This document shows, piece by piece, positions 17,721 to 28,137 of a stretch of DNA of 64,000 bases. The stretch lies in NCBI GenBank assembly GCA_001805965.1, contig MHHG01000006.1:3741-67740 (forward strand), written 5' to 3'. The translations under genes were made by a program, and so were the position numbers. Within the stretch, counting starts at the first letter, position 1. Each line of letters opens with the position of its first letter. Source of the DNA: Omnitrophica WOR_2 bacterium RIFOXYA2_FULL_38_17 (GTDB lineage: Bacteria > Omnitrophota > Gorgyraeia > Zapsychrales > Zapsychraceae). The notes under the pieces were generated by a model. That model did not search any database. It was not told where the DNA came from and worked only from the letters and a program-made list of their open reading frames with translations.

Positions 17721-18050
17721 ATGCCAAATTTATCTGATTACAAAACAGAGTGGGAAAAAACAAAGAAGCAGCTTGTCAAGTTTAGCAAAGAGGCTTTAGA
17801 TGTTGCTAAAAAAGGTGAACAGGAGCTTGTCAGGCTTTCAAAGAAAAGTAAGTTGCACATTGATTCAACAGCTATTAGCTTACAGAAAGAAAAGTTGTAT
17901 TATTTTATTGGTAAAGAATATGTAAAAACAAATGGCAAGACAGAAAAAAGTGCAAAATTGAAGAAATTACTGGATGAATTAAAAGCGGCTGATAAAGAGC
18001 AAAAAGCTTTGCAATTAAAAATCAAAAAGACAAATGATAATGAAAAGTAA
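17721..18050 (+). CDS. Hypothetical coiled-coil protein
   Basis: AAGGA Shine-Dalgarno site; K/E-rich helical sequence. Confidence 0.65.
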   Translation: MPNLSDYKTEWEKTKKQLVKFSKEALDVAKKGEQELVRLSKKSKLHIDSTAISLQKEKLYYFIGKEYVKTNGKTEKSAKLKKLLDELKAADKEQKALQLKIKKTNDNEK

Positions 18051-18519
18051 AAGATTATTTTTAATGCCATTATATTGCTCTTTATTTTTAATGTTATGCT
18101 ATTTGGGATTGTCCTTTGCTGAAGATAAAGCAGACTTGACAATATACAGCAATGGTAAGAAAATGGGTTCTCTTCATGAATATAAATTATCAATGTTGAG
18201 GAACAAAGTTCTTGATTCAATTCCACCCGGGCAAGATGATCAGTTGAAGGAGTTTATAAAGAGATTTTCAGAGAATCTTTCTTATGAAAATAGTAAAGAA
18301 TATAGCGAAAACGACCTGAAAATCTTGTTTCAGGGGATCCATAAGAGCCTGGTTAATAAAGAAATACAAAGTCCGAAAAGCGAGGATTTAGATAAAATGC
18401 AGGAAATGCTTGAAGATTATAATAAAGATTACAATAAATCAGGGACTTATGTGATTGATCCAGAAAAGGTTAAAACTCTTATAATTGAGCCATCCTTAAA
18501 TAAAAAGGAAAGAGAATAA
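18034..18519 (+). CDS. Hypothetical exported protein
   Basis: Signal-peptide-like N-terminus ending in SFA|E. Confidence 0.55.
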   Translation: MIMKSKRLFLMPLYCSLFLMLCYLGLSFAEDKADLTIYSNGKKMGSLHEYKLSMLRNKVLDSIPPGQDDQLKEFIKRFSENLSYENSKEYSENDLKILFQGIHKSLVNKEIQSPKSEDLDKMQEMLEDYNKDYNKSGTYVIDPEKVKTLIIEPSLNKKERE

Positions 18520-18577
18520 CCCTGACTTTATGAATTTGCAGTTCGTTTGTAATATTATCCATCATGATTCTTAGCGC

Positions 18578-18606
18578 TTGACTTAAAATTACACTAATAG
18601 TATAAT
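18578..18606 (+). promoter_or_regulatory. Sigma70 promoter of rpsO
   Basis: TTGACT-N17-TATAAT. Confidence 0.75.
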
Positions 18607-18704
18607 ACCGACCTCGTTGAAGGAAAAGTATTAACAATCACAATCTATATAGTTATTTATCATAAGATATATATAGGAAATAGAATGATAAGGAGGAAGT
18701 AAAA

Positions 18705-18974
18705 TTGGTTTTATTAAAAGAAAAGAAAACAGAGGTAATTGATAATTTTAGAATTCATTCGAAAGATACTGGTTCTCCCGCAGTGCAAATAGCATTGCTT
18801 TCAGAGAAGATAGAATATCTAGATACTCATTTTAAGGAGCATAAGAAGGATTTTCATTCTCGTCGTGGACTTCTAATGATGATTGGTAAAAGAAGGAGAC
18901 TTCTTGCTTATCTAAAAAATAAGGATGAACAAAAATATCAAGAAACAATTACAAAATTGAAATTGCGTAAATAA
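18705..18974 (+). CDS. rpsO: 30S ribosomal protein S15
   Basis: [12 protein letters not shown] and [12 protein letters not shown] motifs; AGGAGG upstream of a TTG start. Confidence 0.97.
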   Translation: MVLLKEKKTEVIDNFRIHSKDTGSPAVQIALLSEKIEYLDTHFKEHKKDFHSRRGLLMMIGKRRRLLAYLKNKDEQKYQETITKLKLRK

Positions 18975-19125
18975 GAATTTATCGATCATGCGTAAAATAC
19001 GTATGATAACGCTCGCATTATTTTGCAAAATTGTTGTATATAGCAAGTCTTTCGTTAGATAACACATTTTGACTAGTAATATAATGATGCTTGATTAGTG
19101 GGCGGTATGCTTTAGGAGGCTAAAA

Positions 19126-21240
19126 ATGAGTAAAGTTAGTGCTGAAATTCCATTTGGTGGAAAAAATATTATTATTGAGACCGGTAAGCTTGCGAAGCAG
19201 GCGAATGCATCTGTTACGGTTACTTTAGGCGGTACAGTTGTGCTGGTTGCTGTTTGTATGTCAAAAAAGTCAAATCCCGATGGCGGATTTTTTCCCTTGG
19301 TAGTTGAATATCAGGAAAAGACTTATTCTGCAGGACGTATTCCAGGAGGTTTCTTCAAAAGAGAAGGACGGCCGACACAAAAAGAGATTCTTACATGCCG
19401 AATAATTGACAGGCCGATCAGGCCATTGTTTCCAGAAGGATTCTTTAATGATGTGGTTGTTACAGCTACGGTCTTAAGCAGTGATGGTGAAAATGATCCT
19501 GATATGCTTGCATTGATAGGAACATCAACTGCGCTTACTATTTCAGATATTCCTTTTTCAGGACCTTTAGGAGCTATGAGGCTTTCTGTTGTAGATGGTG
19601 AATTTATTATTAATCCAACATATGAACAAAGATTAAAAGGAAAGATGGAGCTTGTTGTTGTCGGATTAGAAGATGGTATTGTCATGATCGAAGGTGAGGC
19701 AATTGAAGCTTCCGAGGAAAAAGTTGGCGAAGCTCTTAAATTTGCAACAAAACATATCCAGCCGATTAGAATAGCTCAGATTGAGTTAAGGGAGAAAATA
19801 GGTAAGGAAAAAGCGACAGTGGAGCTTTTTAATCCTCATCCTGGTTTGAAGAATAAAGTTGCTGAAATGGTAAAGGGCCGTGTAGTTGAAATTTACAAAA
19901 TTGCTGATAAGCAAGCAAGAGAAGATGGATTAAGTAAGATACACAATGATATTCTTTCTGATATGGGCGTTTTTGAAGCATTTAAAGTTGGCGATAAAGA
20001 AGTCTCTGTTGGTGACATCATGATGATGTTTGACCAGGTTGAGTATGATGTTGTCAGAAAAGCAATTTTTGAAGAAGGAAAAAGAGCTGACGGCAGAGGT
20101 ATTAAGGATATACGCGAACTTACTTCTGAAATCAATATTTTACCAAGGACACATGGTTCAGGGCTATTTACCAGGGGACAAACACAAAGCTTAGCTGTTG
20201 TGACTCTTGGTTCACGCCGCGATGAACAAATGATCGAATCTCTTGAAGGAGTTGAGTATAATAACTTCATGCTTCATTATAACTTTCCTGGTTTTAGTGT
20301 GGGAGAGGCAAAAGGTAGCAGGGGTCCTGGAAGACGTGAAATAGGACATGGTGCTTTAGCAGCAAAGGCTATCAAAGCGGTTTTACCTTCAAAAGATGAC
20401 TTTCCTTATACGATCAGAGTTGTTTCGGAGATTTTAGAATCAAATGGCTCATCTAGCATGGCTAGTGTTTGTGCTGGATGTTTGAGCCTTATGGCAGCAG
20501 GAGTTCCGATTAAAAATCCTGTTGCGGGTATTTCCATTGGGCTGCTTCTTGGAGAAAATAAAAAAGAATATCGTTTGTTAACCGATATTATGGGATTGGA
20601 AGATCATTTTGGCGACATGGATTACAAAATTGCTGGTTCAAGAGTTGGTGTTACAGCGATTCAGCTTGACATGAAAGTTAAAGGTGTTCCTGTTGAGATA
20701 TTGATAGAGGGTATTACGCAGGCCAAAGAAGCCCGCGCAGCTATTCTAGATAATATGGAATCAGTCATATCAAAGCCTATGGCTGAAATATCAGAATTTG
20801 CACCAAGGATATTAATTACCCAGGTGCCTGTTGATAAAATAGGTGAGATTATTGGTCCCGGCGGGAAAATGATCAAAAAGATAATTGAAATGACAGGGGC
20901 TGAATCTATTGACATAAACGATGAAGGGCAAGTTCATATTGCGGCAGTAGATAGAAATGCTGCGCAAAGGGCGCTTGATTATGTTAATGGCATTGTAGCT
21001 GTTCCTGAAATCGGCAAAATATATGATGCGGTTGTAGTCAAGGTTATGAACTTTGGAGCATTTTGCGAGTTTATGCCGGGTAAACAGGGATTGGTTCATG
21101 TTTCAGAATTCTCTAATGATTTTGTTAAGGACATTGAAAGTGTTGTAAAAGTTGGTGATACTTTTAAGGTTAAGCTGCTTGAAATTGATAAAATGAAGCG
21201 TATGAACTTGAGCAAAAAGCAGGCTGAGGCGGATTCTTAG
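19126..21240 (+). CDS. pnp: Polyribonucleotide nucleotidyltransferase (PNPase)
   Basis: GRIPGGFFKREGRP, RREIGHGALA and ESNGSSSMASVC motifs; KH and S1 domains. Confidence 0.98.
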   Translation: MSKVSAEIPFGGKNIIIETGKLAKQANASVTVTLGGTVVLVAVCMSKKSNPDGGFFPLVVEYQEKTYSAGRIPGGFFKREGRPTQKEILTCRIIDRPIRPLFPEGFFNDVVVTATVLSSDGENDPDMLALIGTSTALTISDIPFSGPLGAMRLSVVDGEFIINPTYEQRLKGKMELVVVGLEDGIVMIEGEAIEASEEKVGEALKFATKHIQPIRIAQIELREKIGKEKATVELFNPHPGLKNKVAEMVKGRVVEIYKIADKQAREDGLSKIHNDILSDMGVFEAFKVGDKEVSVGDIMMMFDQVEYDVVRKAIFEEGKRADGRGIKDIRELTSEINILPRTHGSGLFTRGQTQSLAVVTLGSRRDEQMIESLEGVEYNNFMLHYNFPGFSVGEAKGSRGPGRREIGHGALAAKAIKAVLPSKDDFPYTIRVVSEILESNGSSSMASVCAGCLSLMAAGVPIKNPVAGISIGLLLGENKKEYRLLTDIMGLEDHFGDMDYKIAGSRVGVTAIQLDMKVKGVPVEILIEGITQAKEARAAILDNMESVISKPMAEISEFAPRILITQVPVDKIGEIIGPGGKMIKKIIEMTGAESIDINDEGQVHIAAVDRNAAQRALDYVNGIVAVPEIGKIYDAVVVKVMNFGAFCEFMPGKQGLVHVSEFSNDFVKDIESVVKVGDTFKVKLLEIDKMKRMNLSKKQAEADS

Positions 21241-21322
21241 CCTTAAGCTGGTCCATAAGTATAAAAAAGTTCTTCATTATCCTCTAAGTAGTAGTATTTT
21301 GAACACTTAACATTAACTTTTA

Positions 21323-21356
21323 TCCAGCTGGGAAAGGATATCCTATCCCAGTTGGA
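21323..21356. repeat. Hairpin upstream of ftsK
   Basis: TCCAGCTGGGA...TCCCAGTTGGA. Confidence 0.5.
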
Positions 21357-21377
21357 AATTGTAGGCCCTTCAAATTT

Positions 21378-23609
21378 ATGAAAGAAGAGCACATTAATGA
21401 GATAAAGGCTATTATTGTTTTAGCCATAGGTATGATTATTTTTGCCAGTCTCATTTCTTTTACACCAGAAGACCTTCCGTTTTATACTTCTAGTCCAAAT
21501 ATTCCAACACAAAATTTAATTCGTGTAACGGGTGCTTATTTAGCAAGTTCGTTATTATTTGTTTTTGGATATAGTTCTTATGTTTTGGTGCTGTATCTGT
21601 TCTTTTGGAGTTGGAATAAATTTACATCCAGAGATATAGTTTTCTCAGTCCCCAAATTTATAAGTTTTATTGTACTGTTCTGTGTTGTTAGCGCGTGGTT
21701 GGGAATGACAAGTTCCCAGGATGCTGTTATTCGTTTTGAAAAAGCTGGATTGGTTGGTTCCTTGCTCTCGGAATTTTTAATATCTTATATCGGCAGAATG
21801 GGTGCGCATATTGTTCTATTGACACTGGGCGTGTTATCTCTGATTCTTACTGGTGAATTCCTGGTTACTCCTTTGTTCTTAAGGATTGTTGAGGGGTTTC
21901 AAGGATTTTATGCTGGAATAAAATTGAGAATGTTGTCTAATGAGACAAGGTTGCCGGCAGTCAATATTAAATCGATCTTTGAAAAAAAGTTCAAGAAAAA
22001 GATTGATAAAGAAGCGCCTGCGTATGTTGGGCAAAAGGGTCTTGATGAGGACGAAGGATATGAAGATATTTATGAAGATGAGGAAGATCAAGAAAAGCCT
22101 AAGGGCAAGAAGAACAAAGCTCCAAAAATAAAGATAGCTCCTAATCAGACTAATAAGAGTAATTCTTCAGAAGATGAGATTGAAAAGATTGTTGGAGAAT
22201 ACAGGATACCTTCTATTGATCTTCTTGACGATTCTCCGGTTGTTTCAAGTTCTAAGATAGAAAGTGGATTGAAAAGTGGGGCTAAGCTGTTAGAAGAAAC
22301 ATTAGCACAGTTTGGAGTGGACGCTCGTGTTGCGGATATTGAGAGAGGCCCGGCGATTACAAGATATGAATTAGAGCCTGCACCAGGTGTAAAGGTTAAT
22401 CAGTTTACAACCCTGTCTGATGATATTGCTCTTGCCATGAAAGCTACAGCTGTTCGCATTGTTGCCCCAATACCAGGAAAGAATAGGGTCGGAATTGAAG
22501 TGCCCAACGATTCATCAGCTACGGTTTTTCTTAAAGATGTTATGTGCAGCGATGAATTCAGGTCTTCAAAATCGAAATTGACTTTAGCTCTAGGAAAAGA
22601 TATTGCAGGTAAGCCTATGATAGCTGACCTTGCAGAGATGCCTCATTTGCTTATTGCCGGTACGACAGGCTCCGGTAAGACAGTTTGTGTGAATGGCATA
22701 ATAATGTCTATGATATTGAATGTAACGCCTGATGAAGTAAAATTTGTTATGGTTGACCCTAAAATGGTCGAGATGGCGCAATATAATGATATACCACATT
22801 TGCTGTGTCCTACAGTGACGGATTCAAAGAAAGCTGCAAATGTCCTTAACTGGGTTGTTTTAGAAATGGAAACGCGTTATAAACAGTTATCAAAAGCTGG
22901 TGTAAGAAATATTAAAGGTTTCAATGAACAAGGCAACAAGATGCCATATATTGTTGTTATAATAGATGAGCTTGCTGATCTTATGCAGGTTTCTGCAAAA
23001 ACTGTAGAAAGCTCTATAACACGGATTGCTCAATTGTCACGAGCTGTAGGCATTCATTTGATCTTGGCTACTCAAAGGCCTTCTGTCGATGTTATTACCG
23101 GCGTTATTAAGGCAAATTTTCCTGCAAGGATCTCTTTTAAAGTTGCTTCTAAGATCGATTCAAGAACGGTTTTAGATGCAAACGGAGCTGAATGCTTATT
23201 GGGTAAAGGGGATATGCTTTTTATTCAACCTGGTGATTCAAAGCCTACAAGGGGCCAGGGTAATTATGTTAATGATAAAGAAATTAATAGGGTTATTCAA
23301 TTCATTAAAGATCAGCAGGCGCCAAATTATGATGAAAGTATAATCCATTTACAAAAAACATCCGGTGCCGGTGGAACAGAAAACCAAGATGAGTATTATA
23401 ATGAAGCGGTAAAGCTTGTTATAGAAACAAACCAGGCTTCTGTTTCAATATTGCAAAGAAGGATGCGTCTTGGATATACCCGTGCAGCAAGATTGATCGA
23501 TATGATGGAGCAAAGTGGCATAGTCGGACCTTATTGCGGCAGTAAACCTAGAGATATTCTTGTTGATAGAGAACAATGGTTATTAGAGAATATGAATGAT
23601 GATAAATAA
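21378..23609 (+). CDS. ftsK: DNA translocase FtsK/SpoIIIE
   Basis: N-terminal TM segments, PHLLIAGTTGSGKT, IHLILATQRPSVDV and gamma domain GYTRAARLID. Confidence 0.96.
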   Translation: MKEEHINEIKAIIVLAIGMIIFASLISFTPEDLPFYTSSPNIPTQNLIRVTGAYLASSLLFVFGYSSYVLVLYLFFWSWNKFTSRDIVFSVPKFISFIVLFCVVSAWLGMTSSQDAVIRFEKAGLVGSLLSEFLISYIGRMGAHIVLLTLGVLSLILTGEFLVTPLFLRIVEGFQGFYAGIKLRMLSNETRLPAVNIKSIFEKKFKKKIDKEAPAYVGQKGLDEDEGYEDIYEDEEDQEKPKGKKNKAPKIKIAPNQTNKSNSSEDEIEKIVGEYRIPSIDLLDDSPVVSSSKIESGLKSGAKLLEETLAQFGVDARVADIERGPAITRYELEPAPGVKVNQFTTLSDDIALAMKATAVRIVAPIPGKNRVGIEVPNDSSATVFLKDVMCSDEFRSSKSKLTLALGKDIAGKPMIADLAEMPHLLIAGTTGSGKTVCVNGIIMSMILNVTPDEVKFVMVDPKMVEMAQYNDIPHLLCPTVTDSKKAANVLNWVVLEMETRYKQLSKAGVRNIKGFNEQGNKMPYIVVIIDELADLMQVSAKTVESSITRIAQLSRAVGIHLILATQRPSVDVITGVIKANFPARISFKVASKIDSRTVLDANGAECLLGKGDMLFIQPGDSKPTRGQGNYVNDKEINRVIQFIKDQQAPNYDESIIHLQKTSGAGGTENQDEYYNEAVKLVIETNQASVSILQRRMRLGYTRAARLIDMMEQSGIVGPYCGSKPRDILVDREQWLLENMNDDK

Positions 23610-24975
23610 ACCTGATTTTTTTAAAAAAGATCCTTTGGAAAAAGAGGATAAAATAAAATTAGAAAATATCGATATTGATGAGATTGAATATGTAAATGAT
23701 ATTGAAACAGATACAGAAGAAAACATTGATGATCCGATCGCAGAATATAACGAATTAAACAGTAGTATTTCTGAGGGTGATAGTGATAAAGATCTTTTTG
23801 GCGATAGCCTTTTAAAGAATGTAAAGCCAGAGATAATTGCTGACGGGGAACAAGAAACTACATTTGACAGTGAACTAGATGAGGATATTAAGATAGTTGA
23901 GGATCCTGAAATATCAATAGCGCCAGAACATTGCTCTGAGCCTGAAGAAGAGCCTCAATTGCAGCATGCAATAAAAAAGGCGGATGATTTTAATCCTGAG
24001 AATAAAGGTGAAATTCTCAAAAGAGAAAGGCTGAAGAAGGGATTATCTTTAGAATTTATTCATGAAGTTACTAAAGTGCCTATGGACGTTCTGCGTGCCA
24101 TAGAAGAAGGATATAGCGTTAGGACGCTGTCTCCCTTTTATTTGAAAGGTTTTACAAAGATATATGCAAAATATCTGGAAGTTGATACTGATAGGGTAAT
24201 TGATGATTATAAGAGGGAGAAACTTCCGGAGCATGTTAAATATGAAGCAAATGATTTTGATTTTAATAAATGGTTGTCTAAAATCTTTACTAAAAAAAGA
24301 AAACAGCAGATCGTTATTGGATTAGGCCTTCTTCTGATACTTTTTACGATCTTTAAGATAGCAACTTTTATAGCTAATTTAAAACCAAAACAAAAAGTAA
24401 TAAAGATTGATAAAGTTAACACGGAAACAAAAGTAATTGTTGTGCCAGAAAAGAAAATAACCGTTAGAAAGCCTAAGGAAGAGGTAAAGCAAACAATTAT
24501 ACCGATAAAGGAAGAGAAAAAAGAAGTTAAGGTTGTTGCAGAGAAGAAATCTGAAGAGGTTGTAAAGAAAAAAGAAGCTGAGAAGCAAGCTTTAATAAAG
24601 AACGTAGCTGAAAAGAAAGTAGTTGAAACTGCAAAAACAATTCCTGCTGTAACCCCACCACAAAATGTTGTTCCCAAGGCTGTTAGTGCTGTAAAGACAG
24701 AGGTGCCTGTACAAAAGAATGTCAGTCTTACTGTCCGTGCCAAAAAGAATAGTTGGCTTAGTGTAAAAGTTGATGGAAATGTTGTTTTTCAATCAACACT
24801 GAAACTAGGTTCTGTTGAAACATGGATGGCTGATGAAAGCATTGAGATCTCAGGCAAAAATATCAACCAACTTGATTTTGAGCTAAACGGCAAGATGATC
24901 AGGTCATTAGGAAGAAAAGACAGCAAGGCTAAGAGGCTTATAGTGACAAAAGAAGGCCTGACAGTTACGAACTAA
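23596..24975 (+). CDS. rodZ: RodZ-like cytoskeleton protein (HTH, TM, DUF4115) with an acidic N-terminal extension
   Basis: GEILKRERLKKGLSL...LRAIEEG...YLKGF.KIYAKYL HTH, one TM, C-terminal SWLSVKVDG domain; position before rimO. Confidence 0.75.
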   Translation: MMINKPDFFKKDPLEKEDKIKLENIDIDEIEYVNDIETDTEENIDDPIAEYNELNSSISEGDSDKDLFGDSLLKNVKPEIIADGEQETTFDSELDEDIKIVEDPEISIAPEHCSEPEEEPQLQHAIKKADDFNPENKGEILKRERLKKGLSLEFIHEVTKVPMDVLRAIEEGYSVRTLSPFYLKGFTKIYAKYLEVDTDRVIDDYKREKLPEHVKYEANDFDFNKWLSKIFTKKRKQQIVIGLGLLLILFTIFKIATFIANLKPKQKVIKIDKVNTETKVIVVPEKKITVRKPKEEVKQTIIPIKEEKKEVKVVAEKKSEEVVKKKEAEKQALIKNVAEKKVVETAKTIPAVTPPQNVVPKAVSAVKTEVPVQKNVSLTVRAKKNSWLSVKVDGNVVFQSTLKLGSVETWMADESIEISGKNINQLDFELNGKMIRSLGRKDSKAKRLIVTKEGLTVTN

Positions 24976-24979
24976 TATA

Positions 24980-26293
24980 ATGGCTAAAGTAGTGAAAAAT
25001 CCGAGCATAAAGATCATATCTGAACAAATAGGGAGCAATAACAAGATAGCTCTTGTTAATTTTGGGTGTGCAAGGAATTTGGTTGACTCCCAGATAATTT
25101 TAGGGGAATTGACAAAGAACAAGAACAAAATTGTTGATATTTCTAAGGCGGAAGTTGCGATTATAAATACTTGTGGCTTCATTGAATCTGCAAAAAAGGA
25201 ATCTTTAGATGCCATTGTTGAGCTGGTTGATTTAAAGAAGGAAGGAAAATTAAAGAAAATTGTTGTCGCTGGTTGTCTGGCGGAAAGATATAAGGCAGTT
25301 ATAGAGAAAGAGTTTAAAGAAGTTGATGTGATTGTTGGAGTTCAGCAACTTCAAAAAGACCAGGCTGTTAAACAGGTCAGGTTAACACCAGGACATTTTG
25401 CATATTTAAAGATCTGTGAAAGTTGTTATAACAAATGCAGCTTTTGCGCTATTCCTGGGATCAAAGGCGAATTTAGGTCGCGGTCTATTGGCTCTATTAT
25501 TGAGGAAGTAAAGACATTAGATAAAGAAAAAGTGAGAGAGCTAAACATGATTGGTCAAGATATCACTGCTTATGGTATTGATATTTATAAGAAGAAGTCA
25601 TTGGCCAGACTTCTAAAAGCAATTTTAAAAGAAACAAAGAATATTAAATGGATCAGGCTTCTTTATATGTTCCCGACGCATATTACGGATGATTTGTTGG
25701 ATATAATTGCTTCTGAAGATAAAATATGCAAATATATGGACATTCCTTTTCAGCACATTAATAATAATATACTAAAACGGATGAACAGGAATATTACAAA
25801 AAAGCAAACAATAGGTCTGATGAATAGGATCAGAGAAAAAATACCGCAGGTCAGGATAAGAACATCCTTTATTGTGGGGTTTCCTCAGGAAACTGATGAT
25901 GAATTTGAAGAGTTAGTTGATTTTGTTAAAGAACAGAGATTTGATAAGGTCGGAGTTTTCAAGTATTCGCATGAAGAAGATACTCCTGCCTATAAATTGT
26001 CTGGCCAAATATCAGAAAAGGTCAAGGATGTTAGATATAATAAGCTTATGGGTGCTCAACTTGAAGTATCAAAGGATATTCAAGAAAGATTCATAGGCCG
26101 AGATTTAATGGTCTTAATTGATGAACCACACTTGGAAGATAAAGGGGTTTATGTAGGAAGGTCAGAATATGATGCGCCTGAAGTTGATGGGGTTGTTTAT
26201 GTGCATTCAACAAAGAAATTAAAAGTGGGGGACCTTGTTAAGGTTAGAATAACAGATGCTTATGACTATGATCTATTAGGAGATTTAGTTTGA
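24980..26293 (+). CDS. rimO: Ribosomal protein S12 methylthiotransferase
   Basis: GCARNLVDS, NTCGFIESAK.ES, CxxxCxxC and TRAM domain DAPEVDG. Confidence 0.93.
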   Translation: MAKVVKNPSIKIISEQIGSNNKIALVNFGCARNLVDSQIILGELTKNKNKIVDISKAEVAIINTCGFIESAKKESLDAIVELVDLKKEGKLKKIVVAGCLAERYKAVIEKEFKEVDVIVGVQQLQKDQAVKQVRLTPGHFAYLKICESCYNKCSFCAIPGIKGEFRSRSIGSIIEEVKTLDKEKVRELNMIGQDITAYGIDIYKKKSLARLLKAILKETKNIKWIRLLYMFPTHITDDLLDIIASEDKICKYMDIPFQHINNNILKRMNRNITKKQTIGLMNRIREKIPQVRIRTSFIVGFPQETDDEFEELVDFVKEQRFDKVGVFKYSHEEDTPAYKLSGQISEKVKDVRYNKLMGAQLEVSKDIQERFIGRDLMVLIDEPHLEDKGVYVGRSEYDAPEVDGVVYVHSTKKLKVGDLVKVRITDAYDYDLLGDLV

Positions 26294-26856
26294 ACCTGCC
26301 AAACATGTTAACAATTTTCAGGATGGTCTTGGTTTTTGTTTTTATAAAACTATTTTTAGCAGATTCTTTAGCTTCTATGATAGCGGCTTGTTTTGTCTTT
26401 GCAATAGCATCTATAACGGACTATTTGGACGGATATATCGCAAAAAAATATGATCTTATAACCGATTTTGGAAAGATAATGGACCCTATTGCGGATAAAT
26501 TCTTAATGCTTGCAGCGTTCTATTTATTCGCTGGATTTGGTTTAATATCTATCTGGATGTTTGTTGTGATCGCGATAAGAGAAGCTGGCGTTACGGCTTT
26601 GAGGCTTATTGCATTAAAGAGAAAAGACGTTTTAGCTGCAGAGAATCTGGGAAAAGTGAAAACAGTGTCGCAAATTGTTGCGATTTCTGTTATTTTAATA
26701 TACATTGTCTTAAAAAAGGTTTTTCCGGGATGGACACAATCAGCGCAGGGCAGCAATGGCCTGGTGATTGCATTTATTAATATGTTGATGTATATTGTTG
26801 TGGGTCTTACAGTGATCTCCGGAGTACAATTCTTGAATAATTTAAAGAAAGATTAA
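26290..26856 (+). CDS. pgsA: CDP-diacylglycerol--glycerol-3-phosphate 3-phosphatidyltransferase
   Basis: NLPNMLT and TDYLDGYIA...FGKIMDPIADK motifs. Confidence 0.93.
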   Translation: MNLPNMLTIFRMVLVFVFIKLFLADSLASMIAACFVFAIASITDYLDGYIAKKYDLITDFGKIMDPIADKFLMLAAFYLFAGFGLISIWMFVVIAIREAGVTALRLIALKRKDVLAAENLGKVKTVSQIVAISVILIYIVLKKVFPGWTQSAQGSNGLVIAFINMLMYIVVGLTVISGVQFLNNLKKD

Positions 26857-26857
26857 G

Positions 26858-27319
26858 GTGCAGAACATGAGTGATAAATTTGCAAGATTAATGGCGACGT
26901 GGTTTTATGTGGGGGATTTCCCGGTTGCGCCAGGGACAATGGCAAGTGCGGTTGGAATGTTAATATGCTTTATTCTCAGCGCGCATCCTATTCTTTATAT
27001 CTTGTTTTTTGTTGTTATCACTTATATCGGATTTAGAGCTAGTGATATTACTGAGGGATTGGTCGGGACTAAAGACCCAAGTTGCGTGGTTATTGATGAG
27101 GTTGCAGGCGTTATGATCGCATTTTTCCTTTTGCCAGTAACACCTCCGGTGTTCTTTACAGCATTTTTTCTTTTCAGGGCTTTTGACATGTTCAAGATCT
27201 ATCCGGTAAATAAATTTGAAGAAATGAAGGGCGGAGTAGGTATCATGATGGATGACCTGTTTGCAGGCCTATATACAAATATTATAATGCATTTAGCAAT
27301 AAGATTTGCAGGTGTTTAG
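26858..27319 (+). CDS. pgpA: Phosphatidylglycerophosphatase A
   Basis: APGT, DPSCVVIDEVAG, FRAFD..K and GIMMDD motifs. Confidence 0.92.
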   Translation: MQNMSDKFARLMATWFYVGDFPVAPGTMASAVGMLICFILSAHPILYILFFVVITYIGFRASDITEGLVGTKDPSCVVIDEVAGVMIAFFLLPVTPPVFFTAFFLFRAFDMFKIYPVNKFEEMKGGVGIMMDDLFAGLYTNIIMHLAIRFAGV

Positions 27320-27336
27320 AAAGGGAGGGAATAAAA

Positions 27337-28116
27337 ATGAGAACAAAAAATCCAGCTTTAAATTTGAAGGCATTTGATCAGGTTCGAAGCTATGGCTCGG
27401 GTGAATCGATGACTATTCAAGGAACAGTAAACAAAACATTTGTCATGCTGTTCTTGTTAGTCATGAGCGCGTCATGGGTATGGTCCAAATTAATGCGTCC
27501 GGCCGCACTTGTCGGAGGGTTTGAAGCAGTTGCAGATAAGCCTGTTGTCAATGTGGGGCCTTACTTGATGCTAGGACTGATCGGCGGAATGATCGTAGCA
27601 CTAGTAACTATATTTAAAAAAGAATGGGCCCCAGTTTCTGCTCCGATCTATGCCGTGTTAGAAGGATTATTTATTGGAGGCATTTCTGCTATTTTTGAAA
27701 TGCAGTACCCGGGGATCGTAATTCAGGCAGTTTCGCTGACATTTGCAACAATGTTCTCTTTGTTGGTAGCTTATAAATTCCAGATAATAAGAGTAACTCA
27801 GAAGTTTAGGATGGGCATAATTGCAGCAACGGGGGCAATATGCTTAGTTTATTTTATAAACTTTATAATGAGTTTCTTCGGTGGTTCTATTTCAGTTATT
27901 CATAGCAACGGGACTTTTGGTATAGTTTTCAGTTTGATAGTTGTTGCTATCGCAGCTTTAAACCTGGTTTTAGATTTTGATTTTATAGAGAATGCATCAT
28001 TAATGGGCCTTCCGAAATATATGGAATGGTATGGTGCTTTTGGTCTTATGGTAACTTTGGTATGGCTATACATAGAGATATTAAGACTACTTTCAAAGTT
28101 AAGAAGCAGGGACTAA
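27337..28116 (+). CDS. Bax inhibitor-1/YccA family membrane protein
   Basis: MTIQGTVNKT, LVLDFDFIE and EWYGAFGLMVTLVWLYIEILRLL motifs. Confidence 0.88.
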   Translation: MRTKNPALNLKAFDQVRSYGSGESMTIQGTVNKTFVMLFLLVMSASWVWSKLMRPAALVGGFEAVADKPVVNVGPYLMLGLIGGMIVALVTIFKKEWAPVSAPIYAVLEGLFIGGISAIFEMQYPGIVIQAVSLTFATMFSLLVAYKFQIIRVTQKFRMGIIAATGAICLVYFINFIMSFFGGSISVIHSNGTFGIVFSLIVVAIAALNLVLDFDFIENASLMGLPKYMEWYGAFGLMVTLVWLYIEILRLLSKLRSRD

Positions 28117-28137
28117 TAGAAAGAGCATACATCTTTA

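Noticed and set aside
24207-24743. Long antisense ORFs (for example here, 41200..41724 and 57070..57579)
   Set aside because: They are shadows of well-supported + strand genes and have no recognisable motifs.
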